In this document: one piece after another, positions 28,974-38,902 of the stretch
How positions within the stretch are numbered: the stretch's first letter is position 1
Layout: the number at the start of each line of letters is the position of its first letter
Position numbers and translations under genes: made by a program
Assembly (NCBI GenBank): GCA_965223325.1
Contig: CBDCWI010000002.1
Span: 3,296,001 to 3,360,000 of the forward strand
From: Candidatus Multivoradales bacterium
Lineage (GTDB): Bacteria; Acidobacteriota; Thermoanaerobaculia; Multivoradales; Multivoraceae
Direction of reading: 5' to 3'
DNA: 64,000 nucleotides
The notes under the pieces: model-generated
Told to the model about the DNA's origin: nothing
The model's database searches: none
Seen by the model: only the letters and a program-made list of their open reading frames with translations

Positions 28974-30149
28974 TTACTTCTTCTTGCCGGCCCGGCCCTC
29001 GAGGTTGCGCTGACGTGCTCGGCCTACCGCTAGAGCGTTGGCGGGAACGTCGCGGGTGATCGTCGAGCCGGCGCCAGTCGCCGCGCCGTCACCGAGCTCG
29101 ACCGGCGCAACCAGCATCGTGTCGCTCCCCACGAAAACGTCATTGCCGATCGTGGTGCGATGCTTGTCGACCCCATCGTAGTTGCAGGTGATCGTTCCTG
29201 CGCCGATGTTGACGCGTTCTCCGAGTTCGGCGTCGCCAAGGTAGGTGAGATGCGAAGCCTTGCTGCCGCGGCCGAGAGTCGCCTTCTTGACCTCGACGAA
29301 GTTGCCGACCTTGACTTCAGCCGCGAGCACCGTCTCGGGTCGAAGGCGCGCAAAGGGGCCGACGCTCGACCCTTCACCAACCTGCGCCCCCTCGAGAACC
29401 GAGTAGGGCAGAACGGTCACGTTCTGGGCGAGCCGGGAGTCGTTCAACCAGACACCCTGGTGCAGAACCGAGCCCGATCCAACTCTGGAGTCGCCAAGCA
29501 CCGCGACGTCGGCATGAAGGACAACGCCCGCCTCGATCCTCGCCGAGGCGTCGACCACCAATCGGCCGGGCGCACGTACGTCGACACCCGCCAGGACGAG
29601 AGCATCGACCAACCGTCTGGTCAACGCGGCACGCGCCCTGGTCAAGGCAACCGGTCCCGTCACCAAGAGGCCCGCCTCGTCGCCGTCTTCTGAGGCCACG
29701 GTGGCGACCCGGGCATCGACATCGTCGAACAAACTCGCCGCGACTTCACGCACCGGTGTGTCCGGAGCTTCGCGAAGCGAGGTCGCGAGACGGCTGGCAG
29801 ACAAGCCAACCACGCCGGCATCCACCGGTACGTCCGGGCGCCCGAGGACCGCGCGAGCCGCACCACTTTCGCCGCCCGCTCTCACGAGCTCGGTCAAGAG
29901 ACCGGACGGCAGGAGCGGGGCCTCGGCGGGAACAACGAGCGCTAACCCCCCTCGGGCGCTGAGCACACTCGCCAGTTCCAGGCGGGCGGCAGCGTCCTGA
30001 CCCTCGACGAGAACCTCGAGGCCCGCCGCCGTCGCGGTAGCCCTGACCCACTCGACCGACGAGCGGCCGCAAAGATCGGCAGCCTCGGCGAGCGCGGTGC
30101 TGGCACTCGACGCTGGCAGGGTGACGACCGCAACCGCCGACTCGCTCAC
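28974..30149 (-). CDS. glmU: GlmU-like protein: intact acetyltransferase (left-handed beta-helix), degenerate uridyltransferase domain
   Basis: [41 protein letters not shown]; no LAAGxGTRM...K motif at N-terminus. Confidence 0.8.
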   Translation of the reverse strand: MSESAVAVVTLPASSASTALAEAADLCGRSSVEWVRATATAAGLEVLVEGQDAAARLELASVLSARGGLALVVPAEAPLLPSGLLTELVRAGGESGAARAVLGRPDVPVDAGVVGLSASRLATSLREAPDTPVREVAASLFDDVDARVATVASEDGDEAGLLVTGPVALTRARAALTRRLVDALVLAGVDVRAPGRLVVDASARIEAGVVLHADVAVLGDSRVGSGSVLHQGVWLNDSRLAQNVTVLPYSVLEGAQVGEGSSVGPFARLRPETVLAAEVKVGNFVEVKKATLGRGSKASHLTYLGDAELGERVNIGAGTITCNYDGVDKHRTTIGNDVFVGSDTMLVAPVELGDGAATGAGSTITRDVPANALAVGRARQRNLEGRAGKKK

Positions 30150-30155
30150 TTCGGT

Positions 30156-30626
30156 CTATTCCTCTTCGTACATCGCCTGCCACTCGGGCAGCTCATGTAA
30201 CGCTTCGAAGTCGGCGTCGTGAAAGGCGCGGACACGGTTCTCTGGAGCGAGCTCGATCGCCTGACCGAGTTTCGACATCGCCGCGCTGTTCTCGCCGCGC
30301 AGTGCATGCACGATCGCTCCCAGGAAGGCGATGCGACCATCGGAATCGGTGAGATCACCACTGGTGAGGATTGTCATGGCGAGGTCGAGGTCACCGTCGT
30401 TCTTGGCCATCAACGCTTCCAGGTAGGGGTCGTCGAGTTTGACTTCCCCGGCCTCGTTGCGCTCGCAGACGTCGGCAAAGAGGCGAGCACGCGCGGTCAG
30501 ATCGTTGGTCTCGCTTTCGTTGATGACTCTCTCGAAGTGTTTCCGTGCTTCGGCCCACTTTCCGGCGTAAAGCGGGGTCAGGGCCTTCTCGAAGGTCTGG
30601 ATAGCAGGATCGTTGTATTCGGGCAT
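30156..30626 (-). CDS. TPR-repeat protein
   Basis: Helical TPR-like pattern ending AIELAPENRVRAFHDADFEAL. Confidence 0.7.
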   Translation of the reverse strand: MPEYNDPAIQTFEKALTPLYAGKWAEARKHFERVINESETNDLTARARLFADVCERNEAGEVKLDDPYLEALMAKNDGDLDLAMTILTSGDLTDSDGRIAFLGAIVHALRGENSAAMSKLGQAIELAPENRVRAFHDADFEALHELPEWQAMYEEE

Positions 30627-30726
30627 CGCGAATGTCTCCGGATGGTGGTCGTGGCTAAGGCTTTGCCCACGAGCGACACGCCTTCTCTAGGCATGGATCG
30701 AAGGTTGGGGCGGCGAACCCCGAACT

Positions 30727-31311
30727 CTACTTCTTCTTGAGGTCGAGGAGAATCAGTTTGGCTACGGCCTTGAGGGTATCGAAGACCCCGTCTCCTCGCA
30801 CGGCAACGGCCTCGAATGTAGGCTCGCGCTTGAAGTTGAGCGCCCTGTACATGTCGGCGGTCGGCACGACATTGGGAATGTCGCGTTTGTTGAACTGCAG
30901 GGCATAGGGAACCGTCGCCAGGTCCAGGCCGTGCTCTCTCAGGTTCTCCTCGAGATTGCGGATGGACTCGACGTTCGCCTCCATGCGCTCCTCCTGGCTG
31001 TCGGCAACGAACACGACGCCATCCACGCCTTTGAGAATGAGCTTGCGGCTCGCGTCGTAGAAGACCTGCCCGGGTACCGTGTAGAGGTGAAAACGGGTGG
31101 TGAATCCACGCACCGTCCCCAGGTCCAGGGGCAAGAAGTCGAAGAACAGGGTGCGGTCAGCCTCGGTAGCCAGCGAGATCATCTTGCCCTTCTGGTCCGG
31201 CGCCGTCTTGCCATAGATGTACTGCAGGTTGGTCGTCTTACCGCACAAGCCTGGCCCGTAGTAGACGATCTTGCAGTTGATCTCTTTTGCAGCGTAGTTG
31301 ATGAAGGTCAT
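30727..31311 (-). CDS. mglA: Small Ras-like GTPase MglA
   Basis: [34 protein letters not shown]. Confidence 0.95.
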   Translation of the reverse strand: MTFINYAAKEINCKIVYYGPGLCGKTTNLQYIYGKTAPDQKGKMISLATEADRTLFFDFLPLDLGTVRGFTTRFHLYTVPGQVFYDASRKLILKGVDGVVFVADSQEERMEANVESIRNLEENLREHGLDLATVPYALQFNKRDIPNVVPTADMYRALNFKREPTFEAVAVRGDGVFDTLKAVAKLILLDLKKK

Positions 31312-31533
31312 GTCAAAACCGTTGTGGAAGATGCCGCTCGCTCAGAGCGAGGCATGAGGCGGGGGTGCGCTGGGCGGGAGCTGGATGTCAGCGTGGGAAA
31401 GATGGCTGGGCTTCGAGGCAGGTTGCACGGAGAGCGCTGGGGATCCTGCCGCACGAAGCGCGGGGGTGGGGAGGAGTGAGGGTCGTCGTTCTGGGGTGTT
31501 CTCTTGCGATCGCCACCGTTCTATCCACTGGTG

Positions 31534-32028
31534 CTAGCCACTGAACAGGGCGTCGATATCCTCGTCGGTGATCTCGGAGAAGGGGCTGGTGGGGACATCG
31601 TGATGGGCGCGGTCGTTGGCCTGAGAACCGATCACCCCGAAGAGATCGGCCATCGCGCCGCTGGCTCGCTTGACGCGCAGTCGCACCAGACCCAGCGACG
31701 AGCGGTCGTCGAAGATCACCAGCAGAATGGCCCGGTCGGCGACGATGGAGATGTGGATGTGGTCTTGCTTGCCCTCATGAAAGAGCACCGAGAACTCACG
31801 CTCACCAATCAGCTTCGCCAGGCCGTCGGTCGCCGCCACATTGCCTGCGGTGAGGGTTGCGAGCGACGTGGTGTCGAACTGCTCGACCTCACCTGAGGCG
31901 GCGATCTGCTGGCCGTTCTTGTCGATCAGGAAAACGGCACGCGAGTTCGAGTCGCTCTGCAGGCGACGAAGAAGCTGCTCGAGCTTCTCGAACTCCTCTT
32001 GGTAGAGCACCAGGTTGGTTGCCGTCAT
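31534..32028 (-). CDS. mglB: Roadblock/LC7 GAP MglB
   Basis: FLIDKNGQ, TSLATLTAGNVAATDGLAKLIGE.EF, SSLGLVRLRVK. Confidence 0.93.
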   Translation of the reverse strand: MTATNLVLYQEEFEKLEQLLRRLQSDSNSRAVFLIDKNGQQIAASGEVEQFDTTSLATLTAGNVAATDGLAKLIGEREFSVLFHEGKQDHIHISIVADRAILLVIFDDRSSLGLVRLRVKRASGAMADLFGVIGSQANDRAHHDVPTSPFSEITDEDIDALFSG

Positions 32029-32165
32029 GGGGTTTCCTGCCTTTCGTTTGGGACGCCAAAGCCCATCGCAACCTACGATCTTAGCCGATTCCTACTTTTT
32101 CCGCGAACAGGCTCGTGGTCATCACGACGAGGGAGGGATCTCGAGACAGGTGCCGAACGCGGGCG

Positions 32166-35100
32166 TCAGAAGGGACCGAGCATGCCGAAGAGGGCGCCGG
32201 CCGCCTCGGGATCGACCGTCTCGACCACCATGGTCTGGTCGCCATCGTCTTCGACCACGATCAACCGGACGGTCTGGCTCCCCGATCCCGCGAAGCTGTG
32301 CGTCACATTCTTGCCGGTGGCGTCGATCGCTCCGTCGCCATTCCAGTCCCATCGAAACTCAACCACGTTCCCCGTCGCGCCGTTGCGCGCCTCAGCGTGG
32401 AAGTCACAAGACAGACCCGAGCACTGGTAGCCGATGGCTGCTGTCGGAGGTGTACCACCGACAGCGACACCCTGGGCTACCGAGGCGACCTGACCATCTC
32501 CGTCCCACACGCGCAGGGTCACCTGATAGGCACCGGCGGCCGGGTAGTCGAAGCTCGGCCGAGGCCCGGTGGCGTCAACGGTGCCGTTGCCATCGAAGTC
32601 CCACTCCCAGGTCACAACGCCGACATCGTCCGAGGAGCTCGAGCCGTCGAAAGAGCAGGCCTGATCGTCGCAGGACCAGATGAACGAAGCACTCGGCGGA
32701 GCGCTGGTTATCGTCACGACGTGGGTCTCGGAGTCGCTGTTGCCGTCTCCATCGAGGACCGTAAGCCGGACGGCGTGACTGCCAGACTGGGAAAAGTTGT
32801 GCCGGACCTCTACACCAGTTGTGTCGACCGTGCCACTGCTGTCGAAGTCCCACTGGTACGTGACCACGGAAAGATCGTCGGTCGAGCCAGAGCCGTCGAA
32901 CGTGCAGGAGAGAGCGTCGCACGACCAGTTAAAGGCCGCGGTCGGCGGGGCACTCGCCACGGTGACGACCTTGGTCTCGGAGTCGCTGTTGCTGTCTCCG
33001 TCGAAGACCACGAGCCGCACCGGGTAGCTGCCCGCCAGCGGGAACGTGTACTGGGCCTGGACACCGGACGCGTCGACCGTGCCGTTGTCGTCGAAGTCCC
33101 ACTGGTAGGCAACCACCGACAGATCGTCGGTTGAGCCAGAGCCATCGAAGGTGCACGTACGGAAGGTACAAGCAAAGGTAAAGGCAGCCGATGGCGGGCT
33201 GGTGACGGTCACGGACTTCTGGACCGTCGCCGATTCACCTTCGTCGTCGAACACGGTGAGCCTGACCAGGTAGGTACCCGAGGTGGCGAAGGAATGGCTC
33301 GGCGTTTCGCCTGATGCGTCATCGCTGCCGTTGCTCGTCCAGTCCCAGGCGTACGAAACCACCGCCACATCGTCGCTCGAGGAAGAGGCGTCGAAGTCGC
33401 ACACCAGGGCGTCACACTGCCAGGTGAAATCGGCCGTCGGTGCACGCGACTCAACCACGGTGTTAGCCGCAAACATCGACGTATCGTCGTTCTCGGTGCC
33501 GGTCCCGGTGACCGCGTCGCCGAGCATCAGGTCAGCCGGATCGGGCGCGATGGCGAAACTGCCGTCGCCGGCAGCGACGATCGAACCGAGAAAGAGAGCA
33601 CCCTCGCCCGCACCGCTGGGATCGGGTACGGCCCGAAAGACCTCCACAATGCAACCGGCGCAGGCGGTCCCTTCGATCAAGCCGCGCGACGCGCTGGAAA
33701 TCGTTGGCACAGGGTTGGGTGGATCGTTGACGTGCAGAATGCCAAGCCCCTCGTTCTCGAAGAACGAGTTGTTCGACACGGTGATCTCGTCGGTGGGAAG
33801 CAGGCGCTCGGTGCCCGCCGAAACCCGCAGGCCAGGCCCCTTGTTGTAGGCAACGACATTGCCGGGCCCTACCATGACGTCGAGTGTCCCGTCCTGGATG
33901 AAAATCCCAAACGTCTCGTTGGGCGCCGCGACTCCAGAGGGGTAGAGACCGACGTAGTTGCCGTCGATGATGACGTCCTCGACATCCTTGAAGGTCCGGA
34001 TGCCACCGGCCTGGTTGTGAACTACGACATTGTTCCGAACCGTGATGTCGTGCGGCTCGTCTTCGATTCCGATGCCGTAGAGACCGTTACCCCATACCGG
34101 GTTGGTGCTCGACAGGAACGGATCGCCACCGATGATGTTGTCCTCGATCAGGTGGCTATGGTTCGACAGAGTGTGTGAAACCTCGATGCCGGCCAGTCTG
34201 CTGGCGACGATGACATTCCCACGGATGGTCGTGCGAATCGCGCCGCCGTTGAGATCGACGGCGTGGCTGCTGTTACCGGCTGGAGTGAGTCCATCGGGAC
34301 TCACTCCGATGTAGTTGTTCTCGATCACGTTGTCCCAGGTGAAGGAGTTGCGGACATCGATCGCTCGATTGCCGTGCACCACCACGTTGCGATCCGCCGG
34401 CAGCGGACCACCAAAGACGTTGCGCTGAGCGCCGTAGAACAAGCGCACCGCCGTACTCGGCCCTTCCTCGCCGCTCTCGTCAGCACTCAGCCCCAGCCAT
34501 AGCCCGGACATCGTGTTGTCGGTCGCCTGGCGACCCTGGACCAGCAGGGCGTAGGACCTGACGTCCCAGATCGAAAGTCCTCGCAGCACATTGTGCGCTC
34601 CCAGAATCTCGAAGCCTCGTTCGCTTTCGTTGTCGCTGGTGATCTCGATCTGGAGCACCGCATCAGAACCCACGGCGAGAGTGTTTGGCGACGAACCCGG
34701 CTGACTGAAACCGTCGATGGTGGTCCCACCGAAGGCGTCGTAGAGCGGCGGCAGTTCTCGGTCGATCTCAATGACGTGCGGACCAACCCCGGGTATGGCG
34801 AACTGGATCAGGGTCGGCGCACCGTCAAGCGCTGCTTCCTGTAGTGCCGCGCGCAGAGAACACTCGGCCGACGAGGTCCAACAGAACCCGTCACCGGGTG
34901 AGGTATCGAAGGCGTCGCTGGTTGTATCGACGGTAAAGGTTCGCGGCGCACCCGGCGTCGCACCGACCGGAAACACTTCCACTTCGGTGAGGCGCAGGGT
35001 GGCTTCGTTCTCGAGCTGGATACGCACATAGCGGCCGGTGCGGTCGGGTGCTTCGATGTGCACGATGCCGCGCTCTCCGTCCGCCGGGCCAGTGTGGTGA

Positions 35101-35501
35101 AACGCGCTGACCCCAGGCTGGAGCAGGGTCGTTGCCAGATCGGTGCTGTCGAAAGGCACATCCGAGACCAGGACGTAGAAGTCGGCCAGATCTTCCTTGC
35201 CGAAGTCCCGGCGGTTCCAGATCCGGATCTCAGCCAGGTCGTAGACCGCCCCGAGATCGACTTGCCACCAGGGGGACTGCTCGTCCCAGGTCTGGCTGAC
35301 GGATCCGTTGCCGAAGTTTCCGTCGTAACCACCGTCAGCAGCGCGGCTGGCATCGGCACCACTCGCAACGGTCGACTGTGACACCGAGGCCCCGAACACC
35401 AGATTGGGAGTCTGGGCAAGGACCGCAGGAGTCGCCACCAGGAGCACGGCAAGGAACGAAGAGGTCGCGAGAGCACGAAAAGAGGAAGAAGTAAAGAACA
35501 T
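32166..35501 (-). CDS. Large secreted protein: F-type lectin/F5-8 domain, CSLR-type motif, right-handed beta-helix, 5 PKD domains
   Basis: Signal peptide; PWWQVDLG..IWNR.D..GRYVRIQL; ECSLRAALQEA; N.IG repeats; five P.A.F...C....C.FD...W.WD..G repeats. Confidence 0.85.
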   Translation of the reverse strand: MFFTSSSFRALATSSFLAVLLVATPAVLAQTPNLVFGASVSQSTVASGADASRAADGGYDGNFGNGSVSQTWDEQSPWWQVDLGAVYDLAEIRIWNRRDFGKEDLADFYVLVSDVPFDSTDLATTLLQPGVSAFHHTGPADGERGIVHIEAPDRTGRYVRIQLENEATLRLTEVEVFPVGATPGAPRTFTVDTTSDAFDTSPGDGFCWTSSAECSLRAALQEAALDGAPTLIQFAIPGVGPHVIEIDRELPPLYDAFGGTTIDGFSQPGSSPNTLAVGSDAVLQIEITSDNESERGFEILGAHNVLRGLSIWDVRSYALLVQGRQATDNTMSGLWLGLSADESGEEGPSTAVRLFYGAQRNVFGGPLPADRNVVVHGNRAIDVRNSFTWDNVIENNYIGVSPDGLTPAGNSSHAVDLNGGAIRTTIRGNVIVASRLAGIEVSHTLSNHSHLIEDNIIGGDPFLSSTNPVWGNGLYGIGIEDEPHDITVRNNVVVHNQAGGIRTFKDVEDVIIDGNYVGLYPSGVAAPNETFGIFIQDGTLDVMVGPGNVVAYNKGPGLRVSAGTERLLPTDEITVSNNSFFENEGLGILHVNDPPNPVPTISSASRGLIEGTACAGCIVEVFRAVPDPSGAGEGALFLGSIVAAGDGSFAIAPDPADLMLGDAVTGTGTENDDTSMFAANTVVESRAPTADFTWQCDALVCDFDASSSSDDVAVVSYAWDWTSNGSDDASGETPSHSFATSGTYLVRLTVFDDEGESATVQKSVTVTSPPSAAFTFACTFRTCTFDGSGSTDDLSVVAYQWDFDDNGTVDASGVQAQYTFPLAGSYPVRLVVFDGDSNSDSETKVVTVASAPPTAAFNWSCDALSCTFDGSGSTDDLSVVTYQWDFDSSGTVDTTGVEVRHNFSQSGSHAVRLTVLDGDGNSDSETHVVTITSAPPSASFIWSCDDQACSFDGSSSSDDVGVVTWEWDFDGNGTVDATGPRPSFDYPAAGAYQVTLRVWDGDGQVASVAQGVAVGGTPPTAAIGYQCSGLSCDFHAEARNGATGNVVEFRWDWNGDGAIDATGKNVTHSFAGSGSQTVRLIVVEDDGDQTMVVETVDPEAAGALFGMLGPF
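32210..33445 (-). repeat. Five tandem Cys-containing PKD repeats (intragenic)
   Basis: Recurrent ~250-bp units, e.g. GTCGAAGTCCCACTGGTA and GGTCTCGGAGTCGCTGTTGC shared between adjacent repeats. Confidence 0.85.
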
Positions 35502-35644
35502 ATTGAAACTCGATCAATCGATTAAATTGAAGAAAAACAAGTATCGCTGCCTCGCAGAGATACAACCTCGGGCGGGTACTCGAAGGCTAGCAGGGCAGAG
35601 GCCGATTGATACACGCCTGGCTGCTCACACGCACCTTTCCGTAG

Positions 35645-35660
35645 AGCAAGTTCGAGGCCA
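35645..35660 (-). promoter_or_regulatory. Putative sigma-54 promoter for the PKD/lectin gene
   Basis: Minus strand TGGCCT-CGAAC-TTGCT, ~145 bp before ATG 35501. Confidence 0.6.
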
Positions 35661-35823
35661 ACGTTTTGCGCCCGTTTCCGTGCCCTCGAAAGAACCCTGA
35701 AACCCGCAAATTTGCGTAAAACCAATCTGCTATCTTCTCGTGACTTCATCGTGTCAGCAGTCGCTGCAGCCCCGTCTAGATGTCGCGGCGCCGAGGCCTG
35801 CTGTCTCATCTGGGGAGTTATCC

Positions 35824-36789
35824 ATGTTTTCTTTTGCCTGGCGCGGCGGCGTCCCAGCCGTCATCAGCCTCTGCATGGTGTTCTTCGCGTTCTGGTTTCC
35901 CACCCAGCCGCTTGCGGCACAAGATCCATTCGAGACCCAGGTCCTGGCGAATCTCGAACCCACCAACATCACCGAAGCGTCAGGTCTCGCAGCGTCCCGG
36001 CGTCGCTCCGAGATGCTCTGGGTGCACAACGACTCCGGAGACGGTCCGGTCGTCTACGCAATCGATCTCCAGGGCCGCTGGCGTGGCGACGTCCGCCTGG
36101 ACGGCGTCTCGGCGGCAGACTGGGAAGACATGGCAAGCGGTTTCGATCCTCACACCGGCCAACCGGTACTTTTCGCCGGCGACATCGGTGACAACGGACA
36201 CAGCCGCAGCGAGATCCTCGTCCATCGCCTCGTGGAACCAGAGGTCCACTGGAACGCCCCGGAAAGTCGCACCATCTCTGGCTACTCCACGTTCCGTTTC
36301 CAGTACCCAGACGGACCGCGCGACGCCGAGGCCCTGTTGTACGACTCGCTCTCGGGCGACCTCTACATCATCTCGAAGGCGACCGATCACGCCAACCTCT
36401 ATCGCTCAACAGCTCCGCACCCGACTTCCGGCGTCCGCACGCTCGAGAAGCTCGGTACGTTCCCCTATGGCTGGGTCACGGCGGCCGACCTCTCACCCAA
36501 CGGCCTGCGCCTGTTGGTCAAGACCTACGGCTGGGTGCTTGGCTACAAGCTGCCGCGGCCCGAAAACCGACGCGCGCGCCTCGAGGTCACGCCCCAGCTC
36601 GAGTCGGAGCGTCTGCCCTACGTCCAGGAACCACAAGGGGAGACCGTCGCCTGGAATGCATACGCTAAGGACTTCTACACCCTTAGCGAGGGCTTTCAGG
36701 TGCCTTTCTATCGCTATCGAAGCCTCGGTCGATACGACGGATTCGAAAGCGGCGACACCGCGCACTGGACGACCAGCACCACAGAGTAA
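35824..36789 (+). CDS. Secreted beta-propeller-like protein with C-terminal DGFESGD..W motif
   Basis: GGGGAG SD, signal peptide, EASGLAAS, WVHNDSGD, DWED, GDIGDN, RDAEAL, EPQGE. Confidence 0.75.
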   Translation: MFSFAWRGGVPAVISLCMVFFAFWFPTQPLAAQDPFETQVLANLEPTNITEASGLAASRRRSEMLWVHNDSGDGPVVYAIDLQGRWRGDVRLDGVSAADWEDMASGFDPHTGQPVLFAGDIGDNGHSRSEILVHRLVEPEVHWNAPESRTISGYSTFRFQYPDGPRDAEALLYDSLSGDLYIISKATDHANLYRSTAPHPTSGVRTLEKLGTFPYGWVTAADLSPNGLRLLVKTYGWVLGYKLPRPENRRARLEVTPQLESERLPYVQEPQGETVAWNAYAKDFYTLSEGFQVPFYRYRSLGRYDGFESGDTAHWTTSTTE

Positions 36790-36852
36790 TCTGCGCGTAA
36801 TCTGCGCCACTGAGTCGTAGTAAGAGAACGGCCCTCCTCTCGGCAAGAGCCT

Positions 36853-36868
36853 CGGCCCACCGATTGCA
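36853..36868 (+). promoter_or_regulatory. Putative sigma-54 promoter for sulfotransferase-kinase pair
   Basis: CGGCCC-ACCGA-TTGCA (GG-N10-GC). Confidence 0.5.
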
Positions 36869-36968
36869 TGCCACCGTTCCAAGGTGGCTTGCTGCTCCGT
36901 GCCGCTTCGACCCAGCGCTTGTTGGCGAGCACCAGTGCCCAGCGGACAAGAGCCGCCGCCCCATCCTC

Positions 36969-37931
36969 ATGTTTGAATCTTTCAATAGAGCACTTGCCGA
37001 AGACTTGGACCGTTCGCCGAAGAAGAAGGAACGCCACCTGGTCGAGAACCTCGCCCGGGTCGGCGCCATGCAGGCTTTGCGCGGCCTTGGAACCCTCACC
37101 GCCTGGGCGCGGCCCCTGCCTGATTTTCTGCTCATTGGCGGTAAGCGCTGCGGCTCGACGAGCTTCTTCCACACCCTCGGCCAACATCCGAACGTACTGC
37201 CTCTGTTTCCGGACAAGAGGTTTCTGCCGATGCAGGAGAACCTCAAGGGGGTGCGCTACTTCGACTCCAACGCCGACCGCTCGGCGGCCTGGTATCGGTC
37301 TCACTTCCCGACCAGCTTGACTCGCAGTCTGCGCCGCCGCCGCCGCAACGGGCCGGTCATCAGCGGCGAAGGTAGTCCTTACTACCTCTTCGAACCGAAC
37401 GCACCACGACGGGCAGCAAAGCTCGTGGGCGCAGCCCGGGTCGTCGTGGTATTACGCGATCCGGTCGAGCGCGCTTGGTCGCATTTCCGAGACGAGCGCC
37501 GCTGCGGGCGTGAGCCACTCGACGACTTCGTTGTCGCCCTCGATCGCGAAACCGGCCGGCTGAGCGCGGACAAAAACGACGAAGCAGGCCATCCTCCGCT
37601 GGCTTTCCGGCGCGAGCACTTCGGATACCGCTGGCAGGGTGAATACGCCACCGCGCTCGAGCGATGGTTCGAGTATTTCGATCGCACACAGGTTCTGGTT
37701 CTCTTCGACACCGACCTCTATGGCGATCCCGAGCCCCACTGGCGTCGCGCCACCGAGCACCTCGAGATTCCGGCTTGGAAGAACGCCCCGACGGCGCGCC
37801 ATATGAACCAGGCCAGCGCTGTTGACATGCCGGCCGAAGCGCGGTCAGAACTCGCCCTTCACTACCGCGAGTTCGATCGGGAACTTTCGGATCTACTCGA
37901 ACGCCCGCTGCCCTGGGCCCAGAGAGCGTAG
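36969..37931 (+). CDS. PAPS-dependent sulfotransferase
   Basis: 5'-PSB PDFLLIGGKRCGSTS; GEGSPYY; 3'-PB LRDPVERAWS; start 36969 or 37068. Confidence 0.88.
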   Translation: MFESFNRALAEDLDRSPKKKERHLVENLARVGAMQALRGLGTLTAWARPLPDFLLIGGKRCGSTSFFHTLGQHPNVLPLFPDKRFLPMQENLKGVRYFDSNADRSAAWYRSHFPTSLTRSLRRRRRNGPVISGEGSPYYLFEPNAPRRAAKLVGAARVVVVLRDPVERAWSHFRDERRCGREPLDDFVVALDRETGRLSADKNDEAGHPPLAFRREHFGYRWQGEYATALERWFEYFDRTQVLVLFDTDLYGDPEPHWRRATEHLEIPAWKNAPTARHMNQASAVDMPAEARSELALHYREFDRELSDLLERPLPWAQRA

Positions 37932-37933
37932 CG

Positions 37934-38899
37934 GTGAGCGGCCAACCGTTCACCAGCGTTCGGTACCCGCCGCGCCTCGGCCACCTGCGCATCGCGACGG
38001 CGCCGCGCACCCGGAGTGCGGCGGGCCTCTGCCTCTACACGCCGTCGCGTCCTCGAGCGCGAGCCGCCCATCGACTCGCCTTCCGTTTCGTGTCGCTATT
38101 TGGAACCCGGCTGCTACCCGATCGAAGGACGGACTGGTCTCCTCACGCATTGTCGAGAGAGACCTGGACCGAGGCACTCGACAGCCTGGTCGACAACTAC
38201 GGTGATCTCGCGCTGGCCGGCGTACACAGCCGGAGAACCGACTTTGGCTTTCCTTCGGTAGGCGTCCTGGTCGAGCTCGCCCAACCGCTCACCATCACGT
38301 CGTGCCGCAGCAAGAGTGACGCGGCTTCGGCCAAACGTCGCCAGTGTCGGCGCCTGTTCGTCCAGATCGTCGAAGCCGCTCCTGCCGGCGCCCTCCCCAA
38401 CGCCGAGACGCTTCAAACGATCGCCTCTCGGCTCGACACCGCGCGCACGCCGACCGTGGTCGGCTGCCAGGAGAACGAGCGCTGGCAGTGGTTCGCCTGG
38501 GAGGCCATGCCACCGGTTCCTCATGCACCGGTCCTCGAGAACATCGAGGCGATCTGCAGTGACCTCAACCGGGCTCTTCGGCCGGTGTTCGGCAAAGACG
38601 ACACGTCCGCCGACTGGCGACCCATGCACGGCGACCTCACCCCCTGGAACCTGCGCTCGACCGGTGACGGCCTGCCCTGGATCCTCGACTGGGATGACAT
38701 CGCCCTGGCTCCACCAGGCGCCGACCTGGCGCACTTCTGGGGAGCCGCCGTCGGTATCGACCTGGTCTCGCCAGAGGCACCAGCACCGGACGCGGTCGCC
38801 GGAGCAGCCATTCGCTTCTGGCTCGAGGACTGGCAGGGGGGTCGGCCCCTGGCTCCCGAGACCGCGCGCGGACTGCGCGCCATGCTCGCCCGAAAGTGA
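37934..38899 (+). CDS. APH/choline-kinase-like phosphotransferase
   Basis: HGDLTPWN catalytic loop and ILDWD; starts 2 bp after sulfotransferase. Confidence 0.7.
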   Translation: MSGQPFTSVRYPPRLGHLRIATAPRTRSAAGLCLYTPSRPRARAAHRLAFRFVSLFGTRLLPDRRTDWSPHALSRETWTEALDSLVDNYGDLALAGVHSRRTDFGFPSVGVLVELAQPLTITSCRSKSDAASAKRRQCRRLFVQIVEAAPAGALPNAETLQTIASRLDTARTPTVVGCQENERWQWFAWEAMPPVPHAPVLENIEAICSDLNRALRPVFGKDDTSADWRPMHGDLTPWNLRSTGDGLPWILDWDDIALAPPGADLAHFWGAAVGIDLVSPEAPAPDAVAGAAIRFWLEDWQGGRPLAPETARGLRAMLARK

Positions 38900-38902
38900 G
38901 AG

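Noticed and set aside
28974-30149. glmU as a pseudogene
   Set aside because: Reading frame is intact and the acetyltransferase domain is fully conserved
32210-33445. Repeated DNA blocks as a possible CRISPR array
   Set aside because: Repeats are in-frame PKD coding units, not identical repeats with unique spacers; no cas genes
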